A DNA stretch of 64,000 nucleotides from Azolla caroliniana. Lineage: Eukaryota; Plantae; Polypodiophyta. Of the stretch, positions 36,971-47,960 are shown piece after piece. The notes under the pieces are model-generated. The model was given only the letters and a program-made list of their open reading frames with translations. It was not told where the DNA came from and did no database searches. The stretch is from positions 17,980,001 through 18,044,000 of the forward strand of contig JBHGNT010000012.1 of assembly GCA_043228905.1 (NCBI GenBank), read 5' to 3'. The position numbers were made by a program, and so were the translations under genes. Every line of letters begins with the position of its first letter. Position 1 is the stretch's first letter.

Positions 36971-37816
36971 TTAACGCATAGCTAGTCCCATTTTTGTTTG
37001 AGATTTTCCCAGCAAGCCATGATAGGGATGCACAACATTCTTGAAGTAAAAAAGGATAGGGTTGTGAGAGAGAAAAATGCGGAGAGGTTTCATCAAACTC
37101 CATTGAGCATACAAACATGCCCCATGTGAAAACTGATGGGGGAAAGTAGTTAGCAAATATTCTAAGGAGGCGTTGCCATACCAGTTGAGACTCAATGTAG
37201 TCCCATTAACAACGTTTTTGAGTTTCAGTTTGTAAATGACAACGAGCACATCTAGAGGATATGCCCATCTTATGTAACCATGTGCAAACAGGCAAGGCTC
37301 GATGTACAAGTAACCATTGTACATGCAATATTTGTTGTCATTGTTTTCTTGCCCATAGATTAACCCATAACTTAGCAAGGAGCTTCGGAGTAATACTTTG
37401 TTGTCTCCAATATTGAAATGTAGTTGGTAACACATCTCGTCTATCCTAAACCACGTGTATTCCCAATTGCATAGAATATTCGAAAAAATTAAAGTGAAAT
37501 GGAGTTGGTAACACATCACGTCTATCCTAAACCACATGTATTCCCAATTGCATAGAATATTGGAAAAAATTAAAGTAAAATGGATTTGTCCATTGATAAT
37601 CAACAAAGGTTGTTTAGCCAATACCCACAACTTCCAATGTGACCTTATATCCTCTATAGGTGGATCAATATACCATTTACGATCAACGTATCCAATTACC
37701 CTTATCTTGTGTTCATTAGCATAAGGATAATTGATTACCATTTCCTCCGATTGGGACAATTGATTTGTTTTATCCGCCTCATAAAAACAAAAGCCTCTAA
37801 AGCCGCTCAACGTCAT
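36971..37816 (-). CDS. Intronless 281-aa ORF of uncertain status, with faint GH17 glucanase-like motifs and an internal tandem duplication
   Basis: Open for 846 nt in AT-rich DNA; repeated HFTLIFSNILCNWEY(M/T)WFRID(V/E)MCYQL. Resemblance to GH17 (GFCFYEAD, IRVIGYV, NIGDNKVL, LMKPLRIFLS..NVVHPY) is weak and by eye. Confidence 0.3.
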   Translation of the reverse strand: MTLSGFRGFCFYEADKTNQLSQSEEMVINYPYANEHKIRVIGYVDRKWYIDPPIEDIRSHWKLWVLAKQPLLIINGQIHFTLIFSNILCNWEYMWFRIDVMCYQLHFTLIFSNILCNWEYTWFRIDEMCYQLHFNIGDNKVLLRSSLLSYGLIYGQENNDNKYCMYNGYLYIEPCLFAHGYIRWAYPLDVLVVIYKLKLKNVVNGTTLSLNWYGNASLEYLLTTFPHQFSHGACLYAQWSLMKPLRIFLSHNPILFYFKNVVHPYHGLLGKSQTKMGLAMR

Positions 37817-37958
37817 GAGTTACTTACCTTGTGGATAGCTACTCCACTTATGACCTCCAAGAATGGCACTTCTTTCTGGCACTTTCAACCACCAAAATGG
37901 TTGTTTCCACACATCATGTAGAGTTCAAAACCTTGTAAATTGTTTACACTAATGAAAG

Positions 37959-38027
37959 GTATGTATGTATGTATGTATGTATGTATGTATGTGTTATGTA
38001 TGTATGTATGTATGTATGTATGTATGT
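37959..38027. repeat. (TATG)n microsatellite, left flank of the MULE
   Basis: Seen directly; it resumes at 45235-45261 and 45839-45900. Confidence 0.95.
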
Positions 38028-38204
38028 GCGACGTGTCTATTATGACACAAATCATAAAGAGGGCTGGTGAGGGAATCGCGGCCACAGACGGTGCAGGTTG
38101 CTCAGAGAAGGCGCGTGCAATCTGCATCGTCGAATTTCGATAAGGAAGAACGCGCGAAAAAAAAAGTTGTGCAGAGGTCGCCCAACCTTGTCAGAGGTCG
38201 CCCA

Positions 38205-38530
38205 ACCGTTGGGTGACCAGTTTAAGCAGGTTGCCCAACTGCTTTAGGGCTTATATTGAGTTGGTCACCCAACCAACTCAATAAAAGATGCAGGTCGCCC
38301 AACCGTTTATTTTTAAAGCGGTTGGGTGACTTGCAAAAGTAGGTTGCCCAACTGCTTTAGGGTTTATATTGAGTTGGTCACCCAACCAACCCAATAAAAG
38401 ATGTAGGTCGCCCAACCGTTTATTTTTAAAGCGGTTGGGTCACCAGTTGAAGCAGGTTGCCCAACTGCTTTAGGGTTTATATTGAGTTGGTCACCCAACC
38501 AACCCAATAAAAGATGTAGGTCGCCCAACC
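38205..38530. repeat. Three copies of a ~113-bp subterminal repeat inside the MULE
   Basis: AGGTTGCCCAACTGCTTTAGGG at 38228, 38341 and 38454. Confidence 0.9.
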
Positions 38531-40754
38531 GATGACTATAAAAGCCTAAAACCTGTCATTATCTCTCATTTTTTCAAACGATATTGACAGGTTTCTTTTG
38601 CCGGGAAAGAGTTGGGCATTAGGCGGCCTGCAATCAACATACACAACAATCAATCTCCTCCATCACTATTCCCAGGTATGTACTAAACCCTATCGCATCA
38701 CTTTTTCTGTTTTTTTTACATGTGGTAGGAATAGTTGAGGGATTAGGGTTTGGAGTAGTTGAGGGATTTTGTTTCTTGTTGAGGGATTACAAGGATAAGG
38801 ATTCATTACTAAAATCATGTAGAAGGCTCTACCTCAGACATGAAATCTATGCATTGAATAAGGCAGTATTCGATATTGCATCCTGAGTCTTTTAACTGCA
38901 TAGTTAAGGTACAAAACATGGAAATGCCATCACTATTATCCCCCCAAAACGAAAAAATAGTAATAATAATCACGAAGTTGCATTTGAATTATCTCAATCC
39001 TTGGTTTGATTGATTCAAAAAGGGGTATTTCAATCTTCCCCCTAAGATCATCCACATCAATTACCACATTTTTTTAATCTTCTTCGAGAATGTGTAACAC
39101 TTTTCGTTGAGCGGCATGCAAGCATACTCTACATAACGAAAGGAAAACTATCTTATGTTCTATCAATTACACATTCACTCATCATCATAATCATGGTTCC
39201 ATACCATCATCAATAGCCTTACCCCCTCTTCATAAACCTTCTTACTTTTTTAATCATGTACTCTCTCTAGTTTACCAACACCAGAGACTCTGGCTTTGAT
39301 TCAATTAACTCTCTTTTATTGACAATCCCCAGAGACAGCTCTGTGCCATGTTTAAACTGTCTCAATCCTTGTTTGATTCAGAATGGCATTGATTTAACCC
39401 TGAAGTCATTCATATCATTATCATCAAAAAAAATTTGTCATCAACAATGTGTAACAATCTCATTGTCATCTTTTCTTTTCTTCATTTTTTTAGTCATCAA
39501 TAATGTGTAACAATGGCACTAAAGCATTGCCATTGTTCCATCCTCATCTTTTTTTCTTAGAGGTCACATCAACCACATTCACTGCAACACATGACTTTTC
39601 CTTTTAGGACAAACCACATTTACTAAATCATTTAACCTTCATCTGTTGTTTTGCACACAATCCTTACATACAGGGAGGGTCACCACCATCATCATTATAT
39701 TCCTCCTCCTCTAATTAGGGATTTGGAACATGATAAGTAGGATATAACATATGGGGAGATTTGGAAGTGAGGGATTAGGGTTTCGGGTTTAGGGTTTAAT
39801 GATTTGCTTGCTTAAACTTAATATTGTGTGTGTTTGAGTATTAAATTCAAAAAATGTTTGATTACTTGAATGGTGGTAGATGGCTTCCAAATCCAAGTAC
39901 AAAGATTGGTGGGATTTCGATAACAGTGACATATATCCAACTCAAGAGAGGTATGTCACGAACCAATCTCCCCTAATACTAGTTTAGGGTTTGATGCATG
40001 TATGTTGACTCGTGATTTGTTAAAGGGTCTTCGTTAGAAGACATTGGTGGGGGAGTTCTTACAAGGATGGATATCTCCGACTTTTGTAAGTGTAATTGCA
40101 ATGCCTTATTCATGTGGATTGTGTATAGATGTGTTCTTATACATATTTGGTGACAGGGCACAGAGATGTGGTTCACCAAACACGAAGTGGATTCATTTCG
40201 GAATCATATGGACGAGTGGGCACGAAGGGTACTAGGATTTGCACCTGCGACCGGTGGCTCCATATTGTAAATTTTGTGAATGTTGTTTTCAGCACAAATT
40301 TTGCTATAGGGCTGATGTTATAACTATATTTTGGAATCCACACAAATTTTGTATAGCGAGAATCGACTCATTGTATATCGCGATTACTTATTAATGGAAA
40401 TGTTGTTTACAACAAGTGTTTATCTCAAGTTGATTTGTTGTTTTAAACCAATCACAAGTTGTGATCTAAAGGTGATTTGTTGTTTTCAACCAATCTAAGT
40501 TGTGATCTAAAGTTGATTTGTTGTTTTAAAAGTTTCTCAAGTTGTGATCTCCAATAGATTTGACGTTTTAACCAATCATCTACTTAATCCTTTCTCTATC
40601 TTATTGGTAAATTCTAATTTCACACAGCTCCTAGTTCCTAAAAGACTTTCAATTGACTTTAGCAACGTTCCTAGAACCTTCCTCGCGTATGTCTAAAAAA
40701 AGGACTTTTTTTATTTCTTTAATGAACTACGATTTTTCATTCAACGGAGAAACC

Positions 40755-41205
40755 AAGTTGCCCAAACCTCTTACAATTAATTCTCTTTTGATATGGTCAC
40801 CCAACCAGGTTGCCCAAACCTCTTAAAATTTATTCTCTTTTGATATGGTCACCCAACCAGGTTGCCCAAACCTCTTAAAATTAATTCTCTTTTAATATGG
40901 TAACCCAACAAGGTTGCCCAAACCTCTTAAAATTTATTCTATGTTGATATGGTCACCCAACCAGGTTGCCCAAACCTCTTACAATTAATTCTCTTTTGAT
41001 ATGGTCACCCAACCAGGTTGCCCAAACCTCTTACAATTAATTCTCTTTTGATATGGTCACCCAACCAGGTTGCCCAAACCTCTTAAAATTAATTCTCTTT
41101 TAATATGGTAACCCAACTAGGTTGCCCAAACCTCTTAAAATTTATTCTATGTTGATATGATCACCCAACCAGGTTGCCCAAACCTCATAATCCAGGTCAC
41201 CCAAC
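40755..41205. repeat. 52-bp tandem array (8-9 units) upstream of the transposase
   Basis: Unit GGTCACCCAACCAGGTTGCCCAAACCTCTTA(C/A)AATT(A/T)ATTCTCTTTTGATAT; a looser TCTCTRTCTTAATCA repeat follows at 41260-41600. Confidence 0.95.
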
Positions 41206-41611
41206 TTGTTACCTAAACGGCCAAAAAAACGGTCACATTTTAAGTCATATTAAACCCTTCACCGTCTTAATCAAGTTCTTATAATCACATTCTCTGTCTT
41301 AATCACGTTCTTATAATCCCATTCTCTATCTTAATTAGGTTCAATTAATTACATTCTCTAGCTTAATCAGATTCTTGTAATCACCGTCTCTATCTTAATC
41401 ATAATCTCTGTCTTAATCAAATTCACTTAATCACATTCTCTAGCTTAATCATGTTCAATTAATCATATTCTTATAATCGTCGTCTCTATCTTAATCATAA
41501 TCAGATTCTCTATCTTTATCATAATCTCTGTCTTAATCAAATTTACTTTATCACATTCTCTAGCTTAAATTACCTCTGATTAATCACATTCTTATAAACC
41601 AAGTTGTCGAG

Positions 41612-44536
41612 ATGAATCAAAATGAAATAGATTTCATCACGTCCTTGTATGATTCTGAGGATGGTTATGCATCACCATACTCCGCAACCATCGATGAAGA
41701 CTTGGATTCGTCTACATCCGAAGACTATGAGTCGGCTTCATCTGAAGAAGAGGCGGAGGAGGTTGATCCCTTCATGTATTGTTCGGCGAGGTATTTTGCG
41801 TTCACTAGAGGTATGTACGATTTAATGCTTAAAGATTTATTGGGTCAAGTTAAGGTAACATTTGAAATATTAAGCACACTCGCAAGGGGTGCACCTCTTA
41901 ATTTACATGCATGGAAGCGCATGAAGAGTCGTCTCACGCTTAGAAATGAGAATGCAATACACCTTAAGGCATCGCCTCATCTTCAGATTACGCACGTAGA
42001 GAAATGGAGGGAGATAGTATTGGCGTCACATTGTGGCGCATCGCACCGTTCTTTGACAAGTACTCTGTTAGAGTTAAAGAGACTTTGGTCCAATGACCTT
42101 CGTGACCATGGGATCCCTAGTGCGTATGTGAAAGCAATGATTGACCAATGTGGTTGTCAAGTTGTGTCGAGGTTAACTCCATCTGACATGGAGGGGACAA
42201 GTGTCGTGAAATATAAAAAGTCTAGACCCATAGAAGTGATCAAGATAGAGGCACATAGGGTTGATGATACGCTCATAGATGTTCAATTGAGGTATCACAC
42301 ACGCTTCCGTACAGGGATCACAAGGGGTGCACATGTGACTAGGTATAATTGTCACCGATGCGGTGTGGCCAACAAGCAATATCCATGCACTCGACGTAGA
42401 AAGCATTCATCTCGATGTGGGTGTACTTTTCATGTGAACGCTCGAATGAATGGCGGGGTTGACCATGGGACAGTGACCGTTTCAATATATGGACCTCATA
42501 CGGGTCATGTACCGGGAAGTAGACCAGATTTGTAGTATTTGCCAGTGGCCCCAAATGTTATAAGTTGTTGTAGAGATGACCTTTTTGATGTTGGTTGCCC
42601 ACGACATGTGGCACGAATGAGCATGCGTAAGGAAGCATATCATAAGTCCAAGGCTAGTCCATTAGACCTTGTGAGTTATAGGTTCTTTATGATACCAAAG
42701 GAGGTCAATAACATGGCCAACAAGTTAAAAATTGGGAGTGCCATGTCAGGGGTTGATTGGTCTTTGATGATGCAAGATGCCTATGCCCTCCGAGATCTTG
42801 GGAAGGTGGCTCATGTCCAACCCTACTTGCCTGGTGAATATGGATCTCCCGCAAGGCAACCGTTCATCTTGGTGCTCCAAGATGAATGGATGTTAGAGAT
42901 GTGTGAGCGATTGTCAATAAACAACTCTTGGGCAATCGACTCCACGTTTAAAACAAACCAATTTGGCTTGCCATTATATGCAGCTGTGACCCCAAATGCC
43001 ATGGGAGTTGGTATCCCATTATGGTACATGATATGTAGTTCTGATAAGGGGTCTAACCATGAGCAAGTAGCTTTAGAAACTTGCTTGAGAGTCATATTTG
43101 CACGGATGCCCAATGTGAGGCCAAATGCCATAGTCATCGATAAAAGTTGGACATCATATAATGCCATAAGTAATGTGATTGCAACAGACCGATTATCTTG
43201 GATAGTTACAAATGGGCAAAGGTCGCAAACACATTGTCGACTTTTGTTGTGTCACTTCCACGCAAAAAAAGCATGGTTGGACAATTTGTTGCCAAAGGTA
43301 AGTGTAACTGAGAGAAACCATCTTTATAATCGGATGTGCCAACTCATGCAATGCATTACGGAATCCACATTCAATGCCCAATGTGAGGAGTTAAAGGTAG
43401 AATATGCAAACAAGCCAGGTGTTTGGCAATATATAGAAGGAGGATGGTGTGGCTTGACATGTGTGTGGAGGAAACTGTGGCCCAAATTTGGTAGAATGTT
43501 CAACTACGGACATGTTGACACTACCAATCTCGTGGAGAGACATTGGCAGTTTATCAAATATACTGCCTTAAGAGGGAGGATAAACCGATCAATTACCGAT
43601 CTCGTGCATGTTTTAATCGGGGACAGTCAAACTGGCACTTGCATCGGGGGTACTGTTATTGAATGGTACAAGCAACGACAAGAAATATGTGAGAGTGGTA
43701 GATTTGCACCACGTGCAAATTGTAGGGATCAAACAACAAGACTTAAAGAGGCCGAAAGGCTACTAGAGGGGTATGAAACTAATGATGCGACAATGCATAT
43801 TGTGGACGAGCCCCGATATTGGTTTAAAATATTGAGCTTGAGAAAACCGAATGTATGGTATAATGTATCGCTCCAATGTTCATATTGTGATTGCCAAGAC
43901 CCTACGAGTAAATGTAAGCATATACTCGGCATCAGGATGATTATTGAGAGGCACATGCCACATCTATGTGGGTCATTGCCTTTTATAGATCATGCAACCC
44001 ATATGCGCAATGACCATTTCACAGAGACGGAAGTGGAGACAGAAGTAGAACCAGTCGAGGAGACAAACCCTATAACATCACAAATGGAGGAATGGGAGTC
44101 GAAAATACAAACGGTTGAGGGGGCTATTCAATGTCTTAGGCAAGGGTTACGATCCCTCGACCGTGCAACAATTTTGGCATGTATGGAGTCCATTGAAGAA
44201 ATAGGTCAGACGCTGGTGTATCACCTAGGTGCACCGAAACCAACCAATGAAGAAGACCGTGGATCCATAGGGCGTAGGCAAGCAATTGGTGCAAAAAGGG
44301 GAGCATCAATCAACATTTCACAAGATCTTATTGGCAGCTCCCCAAACACTTGCAAGGCACACACATGAAAAATGCAAAGAGGCGCAAGTCGAGCTAGGAG
44401 GCGGTTGCCAATATGTGCAACAGAGAAGATGCGATGCTTGCATTGCGATGCCTTGACCTTTAGATCAAGGGACTCAAATGTTGATTGTTGCAAGAATTGT
44501 GGTCGCATCTTGCCATCATCTCTGGATGAGCCATAA
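41612..44536 (+). pseudogene. MULE transposase (SWIM-type), one 974-codon frame with two premature stops
   Basis: ORFs 41612-42535 and 42539-44368 share a frame (TAG at 42533, TGA at 44366), and the frame stays open to TAA at 44534-44536. Motifs: WRKY/GCM-like zinc finger YNCHRCG..SSRCGCTF..HTGH; DDE core AIDSTFKTN, IVIDKS, LLCHFHAKKAW, TTNLVERHW; SWIM finger CDCQD..KCKH. Confidence 0.9.
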
Positions 44537-45261
44537 ACATAGCTTGGGTGGTTTTGCGGACCGGTGCATTTGGGTTTACAATGTTTCAAGTGGATTTATG
44601 TTGATTTATGAGTGCATTTGGGAGTATGTCATATGTTGATTTATGTTTTAAGTTTCCTTATTCAAGTATGTCATCCTTTGATTTGGGTTTACGGTGTTTA
44701 AAGTGGATTTACGTTCTCTGTTTTAAGTTTTATGTTTTTTAACTTTTAACTTTTATGTTTTAATATGATTATTTGTTTTAACATAAGTATGGTAAAGATC
44801 GTCGATTTTGAATAATTTAAGGTTGGATTTTGTGACTATTTGATATGTTATTGTAAGTTTTAAGGGTAATGAACAAGCTTATTTGAAGATTTTGGTCGAA
44901 ATGATACATTTGGTTGGGCGACCTGCAACGGTTGGGCGACCAATCGGTTGGGCAACCTGCAAATGTCAGGGTTGGGTGACCTAAAACGGTTGGGCGACTT
45001 GCAACAGTCAGAGTTGGGCGACCAACGACTCAGAGTTGGGCGACCTCTGACAGGGTTGGGCGACCATCGACTCAGAGTTGGGCGACCTCTGACAACTCTT
45101 TTTTTCGCGCGTTCTTCCTTATCGAAATCTGACGGTGCAGATCGCACGCGCGTTCCTCTAAGCGACCTACACCGTCTGTGGCCGCGATTCCCTCACCAGC
45201 CCTCTTTATGATTTGATGTAGAATAGACACGAGCATGTATGTGTTATGTATGTATGTAATG

Positions 45262-45414
45262 CATAGTTCTAGCCATACGTCCCATTCGTGTCATACTCAA
45301 ACGCCAATATTCGTATCATACTCATACGTGAAAAGGCTCCAAGTATGATTGAAATCCATACGCGGTACATAGATATATTATATATACGTATGGTGTATAT
45401 GGTGTACATAGTGT

Positions 45415-45451
<37 letters not shown>

Positions 45452-45838
45452 CGTGTGTGGTCTAGAGAGAGAAGCCCTGTTTTGCATGTGTGAGGAGACA
45501 GTGATTGAGTGTATATCTAGACTCTAGAGAGAGAGAGAGAGAGAGGAGCTATGGGTTTTGTCTGTATGAGGGAGTATGTAATATGTATATTAGATATCTA
45601 GATTTTGTAGAGAGAGAAAATCTGTCAGTTCTCGTGTGAGAGAGAGAGAGAGTGTGTGTATGTGTGTCAGATGTCATTTCTATTCACAAAATATTATGAA
45701 TATCAAAAATTAAAAAAACCAAAAAAAAGTCAAAAGAAAAAAAAAAAAGCCAAACGAATATCGCGTATCATACGCGTACGTTTGCAAACGTTCGCGTACG
45801 TCCAGTAAATTGGACGTACGCGAATATTAGGAACTATG
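45262..45838. mobile_element. Non-autonomous hAT-type element (MITE-like, 577 bp)
   Basis: TIRs CATAGTTCTA...TAGGAACTATG; perfect 8-bp TSD ATGTAATG at 45254-45261 and 45839-45846; CGTACG/TACG-rich subterminal regions; internal (TG)/(GA) repeats. Confidence 0.85.
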
Positions 45839-46037
45839 ATGTAATGTATGTATGTATGTATGTATGTATGTATGTATGTATGTATGTTATGTTATGTATG
45901 TGCATTTTGTCCGCCAAGGTTTGGACACAGCCATGAAAGCTCATATAGAAAATATAACTACAAATCTCCTTCTTTTGTTCTTTCCTTCTCTTCTTCTCTT
46001 GAACACAAGAAAGGAATTAAGGAAAGGAGTGCAGGTG

Positions 46038-46040
<3 letters not shown>

Positions 46041-46081
<41 letters not shown>
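46041..46081. repeat. (CT)n microsatellite
   Basis: Seen directly. Confidence 0.9.
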
Positions 46082-46083
<2 letters not shown>

Positions 46084-47834
46084 TAGATGGATTTGCATAT
46101 GTTTTCATGGGAGAAATGCATTAAGCATGATCGAATTATCCCAATTCCTCCTGACAGACATGAAATGTTAGTTTAGTTAGTTATACAATGCATGGTAAAT
46201 CTATGAGTTTTGTGTGTAGGACAAACTCACAAACATCGGTTTCCCTCCCCTACTCTTTGCTATCATGTGACAATTAGATGTTAAACAGGAGAAACAGTTG
46301 TTTGTCTTGCTACAGAACCAAAGATTTCAATAAAATGCATGCGTTTTCTCTAATTTGTGCCGGCTTGCCTTGGAGATTTTGATGCTCGTTTGACATCACA
46401 TGAGCCCGCCATCATCTGTTGGAGATATATAATTTGCTGTGACAAATTTGATGGAATCGACCGAATCTCAAATCGATGTATGTATTCATTGTTTGTTAAT
46501 ATGTGTTTTTTGGTCATTACCATCATCTATTTGTCAATGTCCATATTGGATCTCAAATTGATGTATGTATTCACCTTTATTATGTGTTTGTTGTCCATCA
46601 ATATCCATGCCTGTGTGCCAATTACAAATAAAATTTGTATCATGTCCGAAAGGAAGTGTTCTCATGTAGCAATTCCTTGTCTTGTTTGTGTCTGTGTGTG
46701 CAAAGTTAATTTATAATAAAGATATTTTGAATCAAGTAGAGATCATTAATTGAAATTCATTGTATGTAACTGTAGCCAAGATTCGTAGCGGACGATATTG
46801 GTCGGATTATAAAGAATTCGATAGATGAGACAATCATGAGTGCTCAATTTCACCATGATAAGGTGAGCCTTCATACTTCAACCTAACAGAAAACACGTAA
46901 CCAATGTTACACCAATACTAATAACCTAAGTATTTGAATAACGAGTGGTGGGCAGAACTTGTCTGATTGGTCTTGAAGTAACAATGATTGTAGTGCATAA
47001 AGTGACCATTGTCGATCATTTTAAGCAATAGCCTATGTGTTTACTTGCCAAATAGCTATTTTATTGATAATCTTAAGTAATAGCCAGTGTATTTGAAAAA
47101 GACTTGGTGTGTAAAGTTCATGCATTTACTGTTCAAGTAAGAGAAGATCGATCAATGTAAGGAATAATGTTTGTATTTGAACAAGACTCGCGAAAGTTGT
47201 TTAGTTATAGTTATGCACAAGAAGAAGATTAGTGTAGTAACTCTTCCAAGTCATATATAGCTCATGGAATGCATCCACCAACAGAATTTGCAAATCCATT
47301 GATTTTGGAATAATGACAAGCGAAAACTTCGGGATATCCCTACGTTGTTCTTCATTTCTGAAATGCCGCATCCAATTAACCACTAAAAACAGGAGGAAAT
47401 GGAGACAGATTGCTCAATTAATATGCTTGACAAGGGTGTTTGCAGAGGAAAATTTGGGAAATAACACACCCCTGACTTCTCAGATATCTACAAGAATATC
47501 TTGATGGTTTCAAAAATATTGTGATACCCCTATGTGGCATGAAAGTGATTGTTATTCTTGTTAATCTGAAAACCTCAAGGGCATTTTGGTAAATATACAA
47601 AATGCTGGTGGTGTTTTTACCATAATAATATTCATTGCTGTATTCTATGATACTTCTTGATATCATTTCGATAGCTTTGGTTTAGGTCAAACAATGGTCA
47701 TCAGATGTGGTAGAGCTTTGCATGAAGCGTTTGTCAGACCTTGATAAGCCTTTCAAATATGTAGGTGAGATAGAAATCTCAAGAATAACCTTTTAGGACA
47801 CATCTAAGCTTGTGTAAATAAACAAAGGAACTAA

Positions 47835-47960
47835 CAACCAAAAAATACCCCTAGCATGTTGGTGTGTCCTAGAATACCTCTTATGTTTCGAAGATTACCT
47901 CGGAGACCCTTTCATAGCACGGACTTTATCAAAGAAGCTAGGGGTATTTTTGGTGTTTTG
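47835..47960. repeat. Short inverted repeat (possible MITE core)
   Basis: CAAAAAATACCCCTAGC at ~47839-47855 versus GCTAGGGGTATTTTTGG at ~47937-47953. Confidence 0.5.

Larger units (their letters stand above)
38028..45234 (+). mobile_element. Mutator-like DNA transposon (MULE), ~7.2 kb, with ~170-bp TIRs
   Basis: Left end CGTGTCTATT..CAAATCATAAAGAGGGCTGGTGAGGGAATCGCGGCCACAGACGGTG...CGATAAGGAAGAACGCGCGAAAA is reverse-complemented at 45065-45231. Subterminal GGTCGCCCAAC repeats at both ends; encodes a MULE transposase. The exact terminal bases are ambiguous by a few nt. Confidence 0.93.

Noticed and set aside
42533-42535. Programmed stop-codon readthrough in the transposase
   Set aside because: There is no known readthrough context, and a second stop exists at 44366; simple inactivating mutation is more parsimonious from a single copy.
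46765-46911. TGTAAC...GTTACA as a mini solo LTR
   Set aside because: No matching TSD and very short; likely chance.
47200-47700. Possible gypsy integrase remnant (LVIIP...DAFHE, HRGIT)
   Set aside because: The motifs are weak and in the wrong order, so the call cannot be supported.
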